From positions 1,241 through 65,240 of the forward strand of contig DASUTU010000123.1 in NCBI GenBank assembly GCA_036374435.1: a stretch of 64,000 nucleotides of DNA. Direction: 5' to 3'. Below, one piece after another: positions 16,690 through 27,150 of the stretch. Numbering within the stretch: the stretch's first letter is position 1; every line of letters starts with the position of its first letter. Position numbers and translations under genes: made by a program. Source of the DNA: Actinomycetota bacterium. GTDB lineage: Bacteria; Actinomycetota; UBA4738; HRBIN12. The notes under the pieces are model-generated. The model saw only the letters and a list, made by a program, of their open reading frames with translations. It searched no databases and was not told the DNA's origin.

Positions 16690-17367
16690 GTGCGCGTCCT
16701 GGTCGTCGAGGACGAGAGACGGCTCGCCGCCGGGCTCAAGAAGGGGCTCGAGGCCGAGGGGTTCGCGACCGACGTCGCGTTCGACGGGACGGACGGCTTG
16801 TGGATGGCGCGGGAACGGCCGTACGACGCCATCGTTCTCGACATCATGTTGCCCGGGATCAACGGCTACCGGCTCTGTGCCACGCTTCGCGAGGAGGGCG
16901 TGTGGGCGCCCATCCTCATGCTCACCGCCAAAGACGGCGAGTTCGACGAGGCGGAGGCGCTCGACACCGGCGCGGACGACTACGTCACCAAACCGTTCTC
17001 CTACGTCGCCCTGGTGGCGCGGCTCCGCGCCCTGATACGGCGCGGCGCGACCGAACGGCCCGCCCTGCTGGAGGCGGGGGATCTGCGCTTCGACCCCGCC
17101 GCCCGGCGCGCCTGGCGCGGGGAGACCCCGGTCCCGCTTACCGCTCGGGAGATGGCGTTGCTCGAGTTCCTGCTGCGGCGGAAGGGACAGGTCGTCTCGA
17201 AGACCGAGATCCTCGATCATGTCTGGGACGACGGCTTCGACGGCGACCTCAACATCGTCGAGGTCTACGTCCGCCACCTGCGGAACAAGCTCGACCGGCC
17301 GTTCGGTCTCGCCGCGATCGAAACGGTTCGTGGAGCCGGCTACCGACTGGCGGCCGACGGTGGCTGA
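16690..17367 (+). CDS. OmpR/PhoB-family response regulator
   Basis: GTG at 16690 after AAGGAGG. Receiver domain (VLVVEDE...D...LDIMLPG...K) plus winged-helix (LTAREMALLEFLLRRKGQVVSKTEILDHVWD...VRHLRNKL). Confidence 0.9.
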   Translation: MRVLVVEDERRLAAGLKKGLEAEGFATDVAFDGTDGLWMARERPYDAIVLDIMLPGINGYRLCATLREEGVWAPILMLTAKDGEFDEAEALDTGADDYVTKPFSYVALVARLRALIRRGATERPALLEAGDLRFDPAARRAWRGETPVPLTAREMALLEFLLRRKGQVVSKTEILDHVWDDGFDGDLNIVEVYVRHLRNKLDRPFGLAAIETVRGAGYRLAADGG

Positions 17368-18835
17368 GGGCTCGCCCCCCACCGGCCGCCGTCGCCCGTC
17401 GAGCTCGATCCGCGTGCGGACGGCGGTCGCCGCCGTGGCGGTCGTCGGGATCTCGCTGCTGGGAGCCGCGATCGGCATGGTGGCGTTCCTGGAGCGGTCG
17501 CTGCGGGACGAGGTGCGGGCAGCGGCGGGCTCGCGAGCGGTGGCGGTGGCGGACTCGATCGCCCTCGGCGAGCTGGACGGCGCCCTCGACGCCGGCGACG
17601 CCGAGGAGGAGTTCGTCCAGGTCCTGGCCGGGGACGGGTCGGTCGCGGCGTCGAGCCGCAACCTCGCCGGGGAGCCCGCCCTGATCGCGCTCGACCCCGG
17701 CGAGTCCGTAACGGTCGAACGCGTCCCGTTCGAGGACGGCCCGTTCCTCGCCGTCGCGGCGAGGACGACCTCCCCCGACGGTCCGGCCGCGGTGGTCGTC
17801 GGGCGCAGCCTCGAAGACGTCGCGGACGCGACGGCCGCGGCCACCCGCGCCCTCGCCATCGGGATCCCGATCCTCGTGGTTCTTGTCGGCGCGGTCGCGT
17901 GGCGCGTGGTGGGCCGGGCCCTCGCGCCCGTCGAGCGGATCCGCGACGAGGTCGAGGCCATCTCCGCCGCTGAGCTCCACCGGCGGGTCCCGGCGACGAC
18001 CGGCGCGGACGAGATCGCCCAGCTGGCCGAGACCATGAACGGGATGCTCGACCGTCTGCAGCGGAGCCAGGAGCGCCAGCGGCGATTCGTGTCCGACGCG
18101 TCGCACGAACTGCGCTCGCCGGTGGCCTCGATCCGGCAGCAGGCCGAGGTGGCGATCGCCCACCCGGAGACGACGGCCCTCGGCGAGCTCGCCGAGGGTG
18201 TCCTCGAAGAGGGCCTTCGGCTGCAACACATCGTCGAGGACCTGTTACTCCTGGCCCGGATCGACGAGGGGAGGGGGCCGCTGCGAGCCGGGCCGGTCGA
18301 CCTGGACGACCTCCTGCTGGACATCGCCGAGCGCCTGCGGAACTCCTCGACCCTGCGTGTTTCGACGGGCGGCGTCTCGGCGGCGCGGGTGGTCGGCGAC
18401 CGCGGCCAGCTCGAACGGCTGATCCGGAACCTGGCCGACAACGCCGTTCGCCACGCCCAAGGTGAGATCGCGCTCTCGCTCGGGCGAGACGAACGAGGCG
18501 TCCTCTTGGCGGTCGACGACGACGGCGTCGGGATCGGGGCCGCCGAGCGCGAGCGCGTCTTCGACCGGTTCGTCCGGCTGGCCGACGCACGGGACCGCGA
18601 CACGGGCGGGGCCGGCCTCGGGCTCTCGATCGCCAGGGAGATCGCGGCCCTGCACCGGGGAACGGTCGCCGCGGTCGAGAGCCAGCTCGGGGGCGCCCGA
18701 CTCGAGGTCCACCTCCCGCCGGCGCCGGATCGAGCGTCTTCAGCTTCGTTCAGCGAGGAGTCAGACCCCGCGCCGCACCATGGGGACGGACCCGAGGAGC
18801 GGGTGCCGGTCCGGGAGGCGAGGAGGCGGAGATGA
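17360..18835 (+). CDS. sensor histidine kinase (2 TM, HAMP, HisKA, HATPase)
   Basis: GTG at 17360 overlaps the response-regulator stop (GTGGCTGA). H-box SHELRSP. N/G boxes (DNAVRHA..., GGAGLGLSIA). Confidence 0.88.
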   Translation: MAEGSPPTGRRRPSSSIRVRTAVAAVAVVGISLLGAAIGMVAFLERSLRDEVRAAAGSRAVAVADSIALGELDGALDAGDAEEEFVQVLAGDGSVAASSRNLAGEPALIALDPGESVTVERVPFEDGPFLAVAARTTSPDGPAAVVVGRSLEDVADATAAATRALAIGIPILVVLVGAVAWRVVGRALAPVERIRDEVEAISAAELHRRVPATTGADEIAQLAETMNGMLDRLQRSQERQRRFVSDASHELRSPVASIRQQAEVAIAHPETTALGELAEGVLEEGLRLQHIVEDLLLLARIDEGRGPLRAGPVDLDDLLLDIAERLRNSSTLRVSTGGVSAARVVGDRGQLERLIRNLADNAVRHAQGEIALSLGRDERGVLLAVDDDGVGIGAAERERVFDRFVRLADARDRDTGGAGLGLSIAREIAALHRGTVAAVESQLGGARLEVHLPPAPDRASSASFSEESDPAPHHGDGPEERVPVREARRRR

Positions 18836-19161
18836 CGAAGGGGCGCAAGCTGGCCGTCGGGGCCGTCGCGGCGACCGCCGCGTTGGCGCTCGGGACGGGC
18901 GTCGGGATCGCGGCAAGCTCCGGCGACGACGAGCCGCTGCGCGGGAGCGCCCGCGACCGCGCGGTCGAGGCGGCGCTGGAGCACGTCGGGGGCGGCACCG
19001 TGGTCGAGACCGAGGTCGGCGACGACGGCGCCGCCTACTCCGTGGAGATCCGGCTCGACGGCGTCCGCGTGGTCGAGGTGAACCTCGACGCCGCCTTCAA
19101 CGTGATCGGCGACGAGCCCGACGACGGCGAGGAGTCGGAGGGCAGCCCAGGCGACGACTGA
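18832..19161 (+). CDS. PepSY domain-containing secreted protein
   Basis: The ATG overlaps the histidine-kinase stop (ATGA). Signal peptide. PepSY-like ...AVEAALEHVGGGTVVETEVGDDGAAYSVEI... Confidence 0.7.
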   Translation: MTKGRKLAVGAVAATAALALGTGVGIAASSGDDEPLRGSARDRAVEAALEHVGGGTVVETEVGDDGAAYSVEIRLDGVRVVEVNLDAAFNVIGDEPDDGEESEGSPGDD

Positions 19162-19244
19162 CGCCGGGTCCGCACGGAAACATCAGCTCGAGCACGCGGG
19201 CCTCAAGAAACGAGCCGCCAGGCGAGCGTAGGCCCTCCCACGGA

Positions 19245-19273
19245 GAAGGGGCCCCGCGAAGCGGGGCCCCTTC
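19245..19273. terminator. bidirectional hairpin GAAGGGGCCCCGC-gaa-GCGGGGCCCCTTC between convergent genes
   Basis: Perfect 13-bp stem located between the end of the PepSY gene (+) and the end of groEL (-). Confidence 0.55.
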
Positions 19274-19292
19274 GAGTGACTCGGGTCGCGAC

Positions 19293-20912
19293 CTAGAAGT
19301 CCATGTCGCCGCCGCCGGGCATCGGCGGGGCCTTCTCCTTCTCGGGCTTCTCGGCCACGACCGCCTCGGTCGTGAGGAACAGGGCCGCGATCGAGGCCGC
19401 GTTCTGCAGCGCCGAACGCGTGACCTTGGTCGGGTCGATGATCCCGGCCTTGAACATGTCCTCGTAGTCGCCGGTCGCGGCGTTCAGGCCGGTTCCGACG
19501 TCCAGGCCCCGGACCTTCTCCACGACGACCCCGCCCTCGAGGCCGGCGTTCACCGCGATCTGCTTGATCGGCTCCTCGAGCGCCCGGCGGACGATCGCCG
19601 CGCCGGTGAGCTCGTCGCCCTCGAGGTCCACCTTGTCGAGCGCGGCCTGCGCGCCCAGCAGGGCCACGCCGCCGCCGGGCACGACGCCCTCCTCGACGGC
19701 CGCCTTGGTGGACTGCACGGCGTCCTCGATGCGGTGCTTCTTCTCCTTGAGCTCGACCTCGGTGGCCGCGCCGACCTTGATCACCGCGACGCCGCCGGCC
19801 AGGCGCGCCAGGCGCTCCTGGAGCTTCTCGCGGTCGTAGTCGGAGTCGGTCTTCTCGATCTCGGCCTTGATCTGGTTGATCCGGCCCTTGATGTCCTCTT
19901 CCTTGCCGCCGCCCTCGACGATCGTGGTGTCGTCCTTCATCACCATGATCTTGCGGGCGGTGCCGAGCAGGTCGAGCGTGGCGTTCTCGAGCTTCAGGCC
20001 GACCTCCTCGGAGATGACCTGGCCGCCGGTCAGGATCGCGATGTCCTGGAGCATGGCCTTGCGGCGGTCGCCGAACCCGGGGGCCTTGACGGCGGCCGAG
20101 CGGAACGTGCCGCGGACCTTGTTCACGACCAGCGTGGCGAGCGCCTCACCCTCCACGTCTTCGGCGATGATCAGCAGCGGCTTGCCCGTCTGCATGACCT
20201 TCTCGAGCACGGGCAGAAGGTCCTTGACCGCGCTGATCTTCGAGTTCGCGATCAGGATGTAGGGCTCCTCGAGATCGGTCTCCATCCGCTCGGGGTCGGT
20301 CACGAAATACGCCGAGATGTAGCCCTTGTCGAACCGCATGCCCTCGACGAGCTCGAGCTCCATGCCGAAGGTGTTCGACTCCTCGACGGTGATGACCCCG
20401 TCTTTGCCGACCTTGTCGACGGCCTCGGCGATCTGTTCGCCGATCTCGGGGTCGGCCGCCGAGATCGCGCCGACGTGGGCGATCTCGTCTTTCGCCTCGA
20501 TGTCCTTCGACTGGTTCTTGATGCTCTCCACGGCGAGCTCGACGGCGCGCTCGATGCCCCGCTTGATCGCCATGGGGTTGGCCCCGGCGGCCACGTTGCG
20601 CAGGCCCTCCTTGACGATGGCTTGCGCGAGCACGGTCGCCGTGGTCGTCCCGTCGCCGGCGACGTCGTCGGTCTTCTTCGCGACCTCCTTGACGAGCTCG
20701 GCGCCGACCTTCTCGAGGGGGTCCTCGAGCTCGATCTCCTTGGCGATCGAGACGCCGTCGTTGGTGATCGTGGGGGCGCCCCACTTCTTCTCGAGGACGA
20801 CGTTGCGTCCCTTGGGCCCGAGGGTGATCTTCACCGCGTTCGCGAGCATGTCCATGCCGCGCTCGAGGGCCCGACGCGCTTCCTCGTCGTACGAGATGAT
20901 CTTCGGTGCCAT
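19293..20912 (-). CDS. groEL: chaperonin GroEL (Cpn60), orphan copy without adjacent groES
   Basis: [42 protein letters not shown]... is full-length GroEL with a Gly-Met-rich C-terminal tail (PGGGDMDF). Confidence 0.97.
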   Translation of the reverse strand: MAPKIISYDEEARRALERGMDMLANAVKITLGPKGRNVVLEKKWGAPTITNDGVSIAKEIELEDPLEKVGAELVKEVAKKTDDVAGDGTTTATVLAQAIVKEGLRNVAAGANPMAIKRGIERAVELAVESIKNQSKDIEAKDEIAHVGAISAADPEIGEQIAEAVDKVGKDGVITVEESNTFGMELELVEGMRFDKGYISAYFVTDPERMETDLEEPYILIANSKISAVKDLLPVLEKVMQTGKPLLIIAEDVEGEALATLVVNKVRGTFRSAAVKAPGFGDRRKAMLQDIAILTGGQVISEEVGLKLENATLDLLGTARKIMVMKDDTTIVEGGGKEEDIKGRINQIKAEIEKTDSDYDREKLQERLARLAGGVAVIKVGAATEVELKEKKHRIEDAVQSTKAAVEEGVVPGGGVALLGAQAALDKVDLEGDELTGAAIVRRALEEPIKQIAVNAGLEGGVVVEKVRGLDVGTGLNAATGDYEDMFKAGIIDPTKVTRSALQNAASIAALFLTTEAVVAEKPEKEKAPPMPGGGDMDF

Positions 20913-20984
20913 ACCCTGCCCTCCTCTTCTGGCTCTGGTTGGCCCTGCTTCCGATGCCTGCCCAGCGACTCCCGGCTCCGACTG

Positions 20985-21011
20985 CTAGCACTCTGAGGCG
21001 CCGAGTGCTAA
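20985..21011. promoter_or_regulatory. CIRCE element (HrcA operator) CTAGCACTC-N9-GAGTGCTAA
   Basis: Near-perfect match to TTAGCACTC-N9-GAGTGCTAA, about 70-100 nt upstream of the groEL start codon. Confidence 0.85.
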
Positions 21012-21068
21012 GAATGCTAACCAGGACCCGCGTCGGTGGCAAGGTCCAGATCCCGCGTCCGACCGCCC

Positions 21069-21650
21069 TCAGGCGCGGCCGGAGCAGTTCCGGGGGACCT
21101 CGACGGAGATCAGGAGATCGCCCGGGTCGGCGTCGTACGTGTCTCGGGCGGAGCCGCCGTTTCCGACGTCGTTGCCCTCCACCCCGTCGTTCGTGGTCAC
21201 GCAGAAGTCGAGGGCGCGGCCGCCCCGAGCGATGTCCGACCCAGGACCTCCGCCCACGTAGTCCCGCCCCGGGCCCCCCTTCGCGCGGTCGTTCCCGGGG
21301 CCGCCGTTGACGAGGTCGGCGCCGCGCTCGCCGTGGACCAGGTCGTCGCCGGGGCCGCCGTTGATCCGGTCGTTCCCCCGGCCGCCGAAGATCCGGTCGT
21401 CGCCACCCCGCCCGACGATGGCGTCGTCGCCGTTCAGGCCGCAGATGACGTCGTCGCCGGGCGTTCCGCGCAGGTGGTCGTTGCCGTTGGTTCCGACGAT
21501 CGTGCACACGAGGTCGGACTGGGGACCCGGACGGACCGGGGCCGGCGAGGCCGGGGTGACGATCTCGGGCGCGACCGTCGGCGGCGCCTCCTCACCGCCG
21601 GTGCCGCCCGGCGTGCAGCCGAGGAGCAGCAGGCCGCCGGCGACGGCCAC
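21069..21650 (-). CDS. calcium-binding lipoprotein with hemolysin-type (RTX-like) GGxGxD repeats
   Basis: GTG start. Lipobox-like LLLLGC. Repeats such as GTNGNDHLRGTPGDDVICGLNGDDAIVGRGGDDRIFGGRGNDRINGGPGDDLVHGERGADLVNGGPGNDRAKGGPGRD. Confidence 0.7.
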   Translation of the reverse strand: MAVAGGLLLLGCTPGGTGGEEAPPTVAPEIVTPASPAPVRPGPQSDLVCTIVGTNGNDHLRGTPGDDVICGLNGDDAIVGRGGDDRIFGGRGNDRINGGPGDDLVHGERGADLVNGGPGNDRAKGGPGRDYVGGGPGSDIARGGRALDFCVTTNDGVEGNDVGNGGSARDTYDADPGDLLISVEVPRNCSGRA

Positions 21651-21697
21651 GATCCCGGCTCGAACGCTCCCCGAGATGCCCTAGTTCCCCACCCGGA

Positions 21698-23665
21698 TCA
21701 CTCTTCACCGCCGCCCGCGCCGGCGTCGACCATCGTGTGGATCTGCTCGACGATCTCGGCGTTGGCCAGCGTGGTGACGTCGCCGAGCGGGCGTCCCTGC
21801 GCGACGTCGCGGAGGAGGCGGCGCATGATCTTCCCCGACCGCGTCTTCGGCAGGTCGGCGCTGAAGATGATCCCGTGCGGGCGGGCGATCTTCCCGATCT
21901 TCTCCGAGACGTGGTTCCGGAGCTCCTTGGCGACCTCCTCGGTGCCCTCGAACCCGGATTTCAACGTGACGAACGCCACGATGGCCTCGCCGACCAGCTC
22001 GTCGGGGCGCGAGACGACCGCGGCCTCCGCCACCTTCGAGTTGTCGACGAGCGCGCTCTCGATCTCGTAGGTCGACAGCCGGTGGCCGGCGACGTTCATC
22101 ACGTCGTCGATCCTCCCGAGGAGCCAGTAGTACCCCTCCTCGTCGCGTTTGGCCCCGTCGCCCGCCACGTAGACCTCGTTGCCGTATTGGGAGTAATAGG
22201 TCTGCACGAACCGATCGGGGTCGCCCCAGATCGTCCTGGCGATCGCCGGCCACGGCCGCGTGAGGACGAGGTACCCACCGCCGCCCAGCGGCACGGAGTT
22301 GCCCGTCTGGTCGTAGACGTCGGCCACCACCCCCGGGAAGGGGAACGTCGCCGAGCCGGGCTTGAGCGGGGTGATGCCCGGGAGCGGCGTGATGAGGATC
22401 GCGCCGGTCTCCGTCTGCCACCACGTGTCCACGATCGGGCACTTCTCGCCGCCGATGAACTCCCAGTACCACACCCAGGCCTCCGGGTTGATCGGCTCGC
22501 CGACGGTGCCGAGCAGCCGGAGCGAGGACAGGTCGTGTTTCTGGGGGAACTCCACGCCCCATCGCATGAACGCCCGGATGGCGGTGGGCGCCGTGTACAG
22601 GATCGTGGCCTTGTACTTCTCGACGATCTGCCAGAACCGGTCCTTGTCCGGCCAGTCCGGGGCGCCTTCGTAGATGATCCCGGTCGTGTGGTTGGCCAGC
22701 GGGCCGTACACGATGTACGAGTGTCCCGTGACCCACCCGATGTCCGCGGCGCACCAGAACACGTCGTCGTCGTGGATGTCGAAGATCATCTGGTGGCTCG
22801 CCGCGACCTGCGTCAGGTAGCCGCCGGTCGTGTGCACGATCCCTTTGGGTTTGCCCGTGGTGCCGCTCGTGTACAGCAGGTACAGCGGGTCCTCGGCCTC
22901 CATGTGTTCGGGCTCGCACTGAACGGGTTGGTCCGCGATCAGCTCGTGGTACCAGACGTCGCGTCCGGGGGTGAACGCGTGGTCGCCGCCGGTCCGCTTG
23001 ACGGTCACCACGTGCTCGATGGAGGGGCAGTCGGCCACGGCCTCGTCGGCGTTGGCCTTCAGCGGAACCTCGCTGCCTCGCCGGTACCCGCCGTCGGAGG
23101 TGACCAGGACCTTGGCCTGAGCATCGTTGATCCGATCGCGGAGGGAGTCGGCGGAGAACCCACCGAACACCACCGAGTGCGGAGCGCCGATGCGCGCGCA
23201 GGCGAGCATCGCCACGGGCAGCTCGGGGACCATGCCCAGGTAGATCGCCACGCGGTCGCCCCGCTGCACGCCGAGCGACTTGAGCCCGTTGGCGAATCGG
23301 CATACCTCGTCCAGAAGCTCGCCGTAGGTGATGACCCGCTCTTCTCCGGGTTCGCCTTCCCAGTGGTAGGCCACCTTGTCGCCCCCGCCGGCCTCGACGT
23401 GCCGGTCCAGGCAGTTGTAGGTGGCGTTCAGGGTGCCGCCCGAGAACCACCTGACCCACGGCGGGGTCCAGTCCATGACCGTGTCCCAGCGCTTGAACCA
23501 CGACAGGCGGTCGGCCTGCTCTGCCCAAAACCCCTCGTGGTCGGCATCCGCCTTCTCGTAAGGCGAACGATCCTGAACCAATGCGTGGGCGCGAAACTCC
23601 TCGCTCGGCTCGAACACCCGGTCCTCGGAGAGCAGCGCGGCGATGTTCTGCTGGACGTCGGCCAT
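21698..23665 (-). CDS. acs: acetyl-coenzyme A synthetase (AMP-forming)
   Basis: ATG at 23665 after GGAGGAAGG (the upstream 90 codons of the listed ORF are shadow). Motifs [11 protein letters not shown] and WWQTETG. Full-length alignment to Acs. Confidence 0.95.
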   Translation of the reverse strand: MADVQQNIAALLSEDRVFEPSEEFRAHALVQDRSPYEKADADHEGFWAEQADRLSWFKRWDTVMDWTPPWVRWFSGGTLNATYNCLDRHVEAGGGDKVAYHWEGEPGEERVITYGELLDEVCRFANGLKSLGVQRGDRVAIYLGMVPELPVAMLACARIGAPHSVVFGGFSADSLRDRINDAQAKVLVTSDGGYRRGSEVPLKANADEAVADCPSIEHVVTVKRTGGDHAFTPGRDVWYHELIADQPVQCEPEHMEAEDPLYLLYTSGTTGKPKGIVHTTGGYLTQVAASHQMIFDIHDDDVFWCAADIGWVTGHSYIVYGPLANHTTGIIYEGAPDWPDKDRFWQIVEKYKATILYTAPTAIRAFMRWGVEFPQKHDLSSLRLLGTVGEPINPEAWVWYWEFIGGEKCPIVDTWWQTETGAILITPLPGITPLKPGSATFPFPGVVADVYDQTGNSVPLGGGGYLVLTRPWPAIARTIWGDPDRFVQTYYSQYGNEVYVAGDGAKRDEEGYYWLLGRIDDVMNVAGHRLSTYEIESALVDNSKVAEAAVVSRPDELVGEAIVAFVTLKSGFEGTEEVAKELRNHVSEKIGKIARPHGIIFSADLPKTRSGKIMRRLLRDVAQGRPLGDVTTLANAEIVEQIHTMVDAGAGGGEE

Positions 23666-23867
23666 GTCGGTCCTTCCTCCTGTTCTGGAGTCCCGACCAG
23701 GCATGGTAGCCCGGTGCCTGGGCGTTCGGGGACCCGCCCAGCCCTGCCCAACACGTCCGAACGGCCCGGGTGCTTGCATCCGTGCCTGGGACGGGCCAGC
23801 ATCGTGCCTACGAGGCCGCCATGAGGCGGCCTCCGAGCCTGTTGGGGGAAGGAGGCCCGGGGTGGCC

Positions 23868-24017
23868 ATGTACGAGGCGTACTGCGTCAAGTGCCGCGCC
23901 AAACGGGAGTTCGAGGGCACGGTCGTCGAACTCAAGAACGGCCGGAAGGCCGCTCAGGGCACGTGCCCGGTGTGTGGCACCAAGGTGATGCGGATCCTGG
24001 GCAAGAGCGCATCGTAG
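23868..24017 (+). CDS. DUF5679-like small zinc-ribbon protein (49 aa)
   Basis: [49 protein letters not shown]. CxxC...CxxC. RBS GGAAGGAGG. Confidence 0.55.
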   Translation: MYEAYCVKCRAKREFEGTVVELKNGRKAAQGTCPVCGTKVMRILGKSAS

Positions 24018-24081
24018 GAAGCCGGCCGGGCCGAGGACCGGCCTCGCCCACCTCTGCCCCGGCTCGGGTCCTGCTCGGGCC

Positions 24082-24552
24082 TCAGCTCAGGCCGGAGAGA
24101 AGTTGCTCCGGCGTGAAGACCGTCGGGCCGGCGGTGCGCTGGTGGCGCTCCACCAGGTCCGCCACGGAGGTCTCCTCGAAGACCCGCTGGATGGCGCGGG
24201 CGACCTCGCCCCAGAACCCCTGGAGGCCGCATCTGGAGTCGGCGAAACACGTGTGATCGGTGGGCTCGAGGCAGAACATCGGGTAGAGCTGACCCTCGAT
24301 CGCGTCGGCGATCTGGGCCACCGAGATCTCCTCGGGGGCCCCGGCCAGCCGGCAGCCCCCACCGGCACCCCGGAAGCTCTGCACGAGCCCCGCCTTGTGC
24401 AGCGCCCCGAGCTGCTGTTCCAGGAACCGAAGCGGGATCTGCTGCGCCGTGGCGATCTCCCTCGCCGGAACGAGCGTGGGGCTCTCGCGGCGCAAGGCGA
24501 GCTCGATCATCGCCCGCATGGCGTATTCGAGCTTCTGCGAGATCTTGAGCAT
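24082..24552 (-). CDS. Rrf2-family transcriptional regulator with a 3-Cys cluster (C-x7-C-x5-C), probably an Fe-S or redox sensor
   Basis: N-terminal winged HTH (MLKISQKLEYAMRAMIELAL...). CLEPTDHTCFADSRC. Confidence 0.8.
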   Translation of the reverse strand: MLKISQKLEYAMRAMIELALRRESPTLVPAREIATAQQIPLRFLEQQLGALHKAGLVQSFRGAGGGCRLAGAPEEISVAQIADAIEGQLYPMFCLEPTDHTCFADSRCGLQGFWGEVARAIQRVFEETSVADLVERHQRTAGPTVFTPEQLLSGLS

Positions 24553-24722
24553 GTCAGGCCTAGTTTAGCCAGCGTGAGGGCCGATTCGGGAGTGGCGGCG
24601 AGCCCGCCCAGGGGGCGGGTCAGACCCCGTCGGGCCCGGCCTGAGACAGGAGCGCCCGACTAGACTCGGGTTGTGCTTCCCGTCGCCCCCGCTCCGGTCC
24701 CTCGCGCACCGGGAGGCCGGAC

Positions 24723-26237
24723 GTGAGCCCGACGGGCCGCCCGTTGATCGTCGCCTCCAACCGCGGGCCGGTGACGTTCGAGCCGGGCCCGGACGGTGAG
24801 CTCGAGCTCCACCGCGGCGCCGGGGGCCTGGTCACCGCCCTGATCGGGGCCATGCACGACGCTGGAGGCCTGTGGGTGGCGGCGGCTCGCTCCGAAGGCG
24901 ACCGGCAGATGGTGGCGCAGACCGGGGACGGCCGGATCGACCTGCAGAAGTACGGATCCCCGTACCACGTGCGGTACCTCGACATCGCGCCGGACGACTA
25001 CGACGCGTACTACAACGGCGTCTCGAACGGGCTGTTGTGGTTCGCCCATCACTACCTCTGGGACACGGTGCGCTCCCCCGCGTTCGGGGACGAGGCGAAG
25101 CAGGCGTGGCAACGATACGTCGAGGTCAACCACCGCTTCGCCGAGGCGCTGGCAGAAGAGGGCGCCGCATCGTCCGAGGAGCCCGCGTACCTGGTCCAGG
25201 ACTACCACCTCGCGCTCGTGCCGAGGTTCCTTCGCGAGCTCCGGCCGCAGGCCCTGATCTCGCACTTCTCGCACACCTCGATCGCCGGACCCACCTACTT
25301 CCGGATGCTCCCGGTCGAGATCCACGACCAGCTCCTGCACGGGATGCTCGGCGCCGACGTGTTGGGGTTCCACTCCCATGCCTGGGCGGAGAACTTCATG
25401 CTCTCGGCCCGGCAGCTTCCCGGTGCCCGGGTCGACCTCGGTCGCTCGCGGGTCGTGGTCGGCGGCCGGGACGTGGCCGTCCGCGTCCACCCCATCTCGG
25501 TCGACGGGGCGGCCATGCGCGAGGCGGCGGCGAGCCCCGAGGTTCGGACGCTGCGCCGGGACCTGGCGCGCTGGAAAGGCGATCAGCGTCTGCTGCTGCG
25601 CGTCGACCGGCTCGAGCTGACCAAGAACATCGTCCGCGGGTTCCACGCATTCGAGATGTTGCTGAAGCGACGGCCGCCCTGGCGAGGCCGAGTGCGGTTC
25701 CTCGCGATGTTGTCTCCCTCGCGCGGCGACGTCCCGGAGTACCGGGAGTACGGGGACCTCGCTCTGGCCGAGGCCGAGCGGATCAACCGCGAGCTCGGGG
25801 ACGACGGCTGGACACCGATCGAGGTTCGACTGGCCGACGACTACCTGGGGGCGCTCGCCGCGTACGGCCTGTATGACGTGTTGTTCGTCAACCCGGTGAT
25901 CGACGGGATGAACCTGGTGGCGATGGAGGGGCCGGTGCTCAACCGGCGGCAGGGGGTCCTGGTCCTGTCGCGCAACGCCGGGGCGTTCGGACGGCTGGGT
26001 CGGTACGCCCTGCCGGTGAACCCATTCGACCTCGGCGAGATGTGCGAGGCGCTCGAGCGGGCGCTCGACATGCCGTTCGACGAACGCACCAGGCGGGCGC
26101 GGGGGCTGTCCCGTCTGGTGTTGTCCAACCCGCCCGAGCGGTGGGTCCGCGAACAGCTCGAAGATCTGGAACGTTCGCGCCGACGTCGTCTCGAGGTGGC
26201 GGAAGGTCAGCCGCGCCGAGGGCAGCTCAGCGCGTGA
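24723..26237 (+). CDS. otsA: alpha,alpha-trehalose-phosphate synthase (GT20)
   Basis: GTG at 24723 after GGAGG. VASNRGPV...LWVAAA...HDYHL...FHSHAW...LGVDRLELTKNI is characteristic of OtsA. Confidence 0.88.
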   Translation: MSPTGRPLIVASNRGPVTFEPGPDGELELHRGAGGLVTALIGAMHDAGGLWVAAARSEGDRQMVAQTGDGRIDLQKYGSPYHVRYLDIAPDDYDAYYNGVSNGLLWFAHHYLWDTVRSPAFGDEAKQAWQRYVEVNHRFAEALAEEGAASSEEPAYLVQDYHLALVPRFLRELRPQALISHFSHTSIAGPTYFRMLPVEIHDQLLHGMLGADVLGFHSHAWAENFMLSARQLPGARVDLGRSRVVVGGRDVAVRVHPISVDGAAMREAAASPEVRTLRRDLARWKGDQRLLLRVDRLELTKNIVRGFHAFEMLLKRRPPWRGRVRFLAMLSPSRGDVPEYREYGDLALAEAERINRELGDDGWTPIEVRLADDYLGALAAYGLYDVLFVNPVIDGMNLVAMEGPVLNRRQGVLVLSRNAGAFGRLGRYALPVNPFDLGEMCEALERALDMPFDERTRRARGLSRLVLSNPPERWVREQLEDLERSRRRRLEVAEGQPRRGQLSA

Positions 26238-26252
26238 CGGACGCTTGACGAG

Positions 26253-26786
26253 TCAGCCTCCCGCGATGCGGTTGGGGTAGGCCTGAGCGTAGTCCTGGCC
26301 GATGTTGACCACGAGTTGAACGCCCTCCTCGACCTCCTGGTCGGCAGGAAGGCGAGCCGACCGGATGGTGTCACCGATCCTCCTGAAGAAGCGGCTGTTG
26401 GTCAGGAACTCGGCCTCGATGCGATCGCGGCGGCTCGCGTAGAAGACCGTGGTCGTGGACGACACCGCAGGGGCGTTCCCGGGGTCGATGGCCTGGTACT
26501 CGAACTCCTCGACGAGAAGGGTGGTGGTGTCGCCGGCCAGGCCGTCCACGCCGGCCGCGTTCAGCACCTGGACGACGGTGCCGGCCACGGACGGGCTGGG
26601 CTGGTTCTGAGGCGGTTCGGTCTCCGTCGGGCTCGGGGAGGGCGTGGTCGTGACAGTCGGACCGTCGTCGGGGAGCGCGCCGGTGCCGCCGGCTCCGGGC
26701 GAGGTCAGGAACGCCTGGTTGATCACCACCACCCCGCCGACCACGAGGGCGACGATGAGGGCGAACCGGATCGTGCTGGTGGCCAT
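26253..26786 (-). CDS. LytR C-terminal (LytR_C) domain-containing membrane-anchored protein
   Basis: Starts at MATSTIRFALIVALVVGGVVVI (TM), then a Pro/Thr-rich linker, then a LytR_C-like domain (VQVLNAAGVDGLAG...). Confidence 0.6.
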   Translation of the reverse strand: MATSTIRFALIVALVVGGVVVINQAFLTSPGAGGTGALPDDGPTVTTTPSPSPTETEPPQNQPSPSVAGTVVQVLNAAGVDGLAGDTTTLLVEEFEYQAIDPGNAPAVSSTTTVFYASRRDRIEAEFLTNSRFFRRIGDTIRSARLPADQEVEEGVQLVVNIGQDYAQAYPNRIAGG

Positions 26787-26832
26787 GGAGAAGAGGAAGC
26801 TCCTGTTGGTCGGCGGCTCGTGCCGGCCCATC

Positions 26833-27120
26833 CTACCCTTGCGAGACGGGGCGCCCAAGCTGGCGCACCAGGCGAGCCACGCGGCGAGAGTCGCGGAGGC
26901 GGCGGAGGCGGCGCACGAGCACCGGATCGAACGCGAGCGCCTCCGGCCGATCTAGGGCGCTCACCAGGATCTGGTGGTAGCGGGTCGGGGTGATGCCCAG
27001 CCGCTCGCGGATCGCTCGCTCCTTCGACCACCCGGGGACGCGTCCCGACCGCTCGAACTCGAGCACCCGCAGGGCCAGCTCGTCCAGGCTGGGAGCCGGG
27101 ACCGATCGCGTCACGCTCAC
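26833..27120 (-). CDS. DUF3263 domain-containing protein
   Basis: MSVTRSVPAPSLDELALRVLEFERSGRVPGWSKERAIRERLGITPTRYHQILVSALDRPEA... Confidence 0.6.
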   Translation of the reverse strand: MSVTRSVPAPSLDELALRVLEFERSGRVPGWSKERAIRERLGITPTRYHQILVSALDRPEALAFDPVLVRRLRRLRDSRRVARLVRQLGRPVSQG

Positions 27121-27150
27121 GCCTCGGAGGCTACCAACGGCCTCTGACGA

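Noticed and set aside
16168-18984. 938-aa minus-strand ORF spanning the response-regulator/histidine-kinase operon
   Set aside because: Antisense to clear OmpR-type response-regulator and histidine-kinase genes. Low-complexity Arg/Ser/Ala composition.
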